Of a stretch of 64,000 nucleotides of DNA, positions 62,684 to 64,000 are shown in pieces. Made by a program: the position numbers and the translations under genes. Under the pieces are notes generated by a model that had not been told where the DNA came from, ran no database searches, and was given only the letters and a program-made list of their open reading frames with translations. The stretch's first letter is position 1. Every line of letters starts with the position of its first letter. Source of the stretch: an uncultured Nitrososphaerota archaeon (GTDB taxonomy: Archaea; Thermoproteota; Nitrososphaeria; Nitrososphaerales; Gagatemarchaeaceae); NCBI GenBank assembly GCA_963718895.1, contig CAVRAG010000008.1, positions 800,001 through 864,000 of the forward strand. The letters are read 5' to 3'.

Positions 62684-62733
62684 TTATTTACGGATTAGGA
62701 CGATTCTCAATTATGAGAATACACGTTGCAACG
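62684..62733 (-). promoter_or_regulatory. TATA-like box with two palindromes
   Basis: ATTCTCA-ATTA-TGAGAAT (62703-62720) and CGTTGCAACG (62724-62733) upstream of TAAATAA. Confidence 0.55.
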
Positions 62734-62855
62734 ATCCACATCCAGCCCGCCTTAATGGAATCCGCCATCCCATTGAGGATCAGTCCTGCTTTAAGATTCA
62801 TACTCCTCAGGCCGCAGAAAGGGGCAGAAGGCCGAGGCGGGATTTTAGCGTCTAA

Positions 62856-64000
62856 CTAGACGCCCGAATCGTCAAGACAGCCCGGTATCACCAAGATGCT
62901 TCGCGATGAGGGCGATGCCGTGGGACTTGCCCGCGCCTTGCGCCTGCCTAGCAACAAAGACAGGCCGGCGACTACGAGTATGGCGCCCACTCCTATCCCG
63001 AAGTAAGGCGAGACGCTGGTGCTGCTGGAGGACGTACTCTGACTGCTCGTCGTCGTGGTCGTTGTCGTTGTGGACGACGTTATCGATGGGGACGTGCTAG
63101 ATGTTGTTGTGGAGGGAGAAGTGGTTGAAGTGGTTGTCGAGGACGCGGTCGACGACGATGTGGTAGTTGGGTTCGTGACTGTGAGAGACGGGAACTGCAG
63201 CTGGAACGTGACCACCGCGTTAGCACTCCCCGTATTGTTCACCGCGATGGTCACCGGGTCGTTGCCAGAGGGGCTGATTAGCGGTATCGGCATCTCGGTT
63301 GGAATGCCAGAAAGAGCCATGACTCCGCTCGCGGAGGTGGAAGTCTTGTTTTCGCCGCTCGCAAGTATTGCGATGGCGGAGGAGTTGCTGGTCGCGGTGT
63401 AGAGACTTATCATGTTCTGAAGTGAAGGAGGTACGGAGAATTGCAATCTGGTCACCTTTCCCGCAGGGACGCAGAATTGAATCGTATTCAAATCACCAGA
63501 TATGGGTTGCCCGGAGTTGAGAAGGATCGTGCCGCTGTTGCATGTCCGTGGAACGGTCGTGTAGGTCGTGGTGTCGTTCTTCTGCAATGTCGTGAAGCTT
63601 TCATTGGCGTTCACCGTCACCCTCTGACTGTATGTTCCGAGAGCTCCCGACAGAAAGACGGTGCCACCGCTGTTTAGAGCCCCGACCTGGACAATGCCGT
63701 CGAGATCATTCACAGTGAGGTGATTCCCAGCAGCCGAAAGAGAAAACTCTGCTCCACTGATAGCCGTTATTGTTGCACAGGGGCCCGAAGGGCAGTCCAC
63801 ATTCACAATCGTGCCCCAACTTCCTCTTAGGAAGTTGAAGGAGTCTGAGGCGCAGGTCTGCGGACAGTTGAGGGTGAAGTTCCCCCTTGAACTCCAGGAG
63901 AGCGTGCTCCCTCCTAGGTGGATAGTGCTGCCGTCCGAGAGGGTTACCATGTTCGGGGAAGGAATATTGACTGGCGTAGAAATCGGGCCTTGGTCGTCTT
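62856..64000 (-). CDS. Membrane-anchored extracellular protein, 5'-partial
   Basis: Frame open to the window edge; beta-rich domain, S/T stalk, C-terminal TM + RRK. Confidence 0.75.
   Translation of the reverse strand, partial: DDQGPISTPVNIPSPNMVTLSDGSTIHLGGSTLSWSSRGNFTLNCPQTCASDSFNFLRGSWGTIVNVDCPSGPCATITAISGAEFSLSAAGNHLTVNDLDGIVQVGALNSGGTVFLSGALGTYSQRVTVNANESFTTLQKNDTTTYTTVPRTCNSGTILLNSGQPISGDLNTIQFCVPAGKVTRLQFSVPPSLQNMISLYTATSNSSAIAILASGENKTSTSASGVMALSGIPTEMPIPLISPSGNDPVTIAVNNTGSANAVVTFQLQFPSLTVTNPTTTSSSTASSTTTSTTSPSTTTSSTSPSITSSTTTTTTTTSSQSTSSSSTSVSPYFGIGVGAILVVAGLSLLLGRRKARASPTASPSSRSILVIPGCLDDSGV

Noticed and set aside
1-64000. Programmed frameshifting or mass pseudogenisation as the cause of about a dozen split genes
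   Set aside because: Single indels in otherwise intact, unrelated genes with no common slippery motif fit long-read error better; cannot be settled without reads
1-64000. CRISPR array, tRNA or rRNA
   Set aside because: No regularly spaced repeats or cloverleaf/rRNA signatures seen by eye

Overview
GC-rich archaeal DNA, most likely a non-ammonia-oxidising Nitrososphaerota (thaumarchaeal-type CdvB/ESCRT-III, TFB-like genes, PEF-CTERM surface proteins, several F420-type LLM/PPOX enzymes); the taxonomy is an inference from protein features. No rRNA, tRNA or CRISPR array was seen. The window is an accessory patchwork: intact metabolic, membrane and surface genes are interspersed with many short gene remnants, several toxin-antitoxin loci and about a dozen single-base frameshifts, some probably long-read errors. 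Main observations: (1) the same 3' end of a HerA/FtsK-like ATPase gene recurs four times, each next to different cargo, and several junctions join two gene tails whose 5' ends are lost; (2) a ~160-bp direct repeat encoding an unannotated 38-aa peptide flanks a TA pair; (3) three Tat-exported FAD_binding_2 flavoproteins, two with a shared upstream motif, lie beside a membrane-anchored DOMON-like protein and two zinc-ribbon-less TFB homologues; (4) a Tat DUF1800-DUF1501-blue copper operon; (5) a protein with an M15-like peptidase tail. All family assignments come from motif recognition by eye, not database searches.
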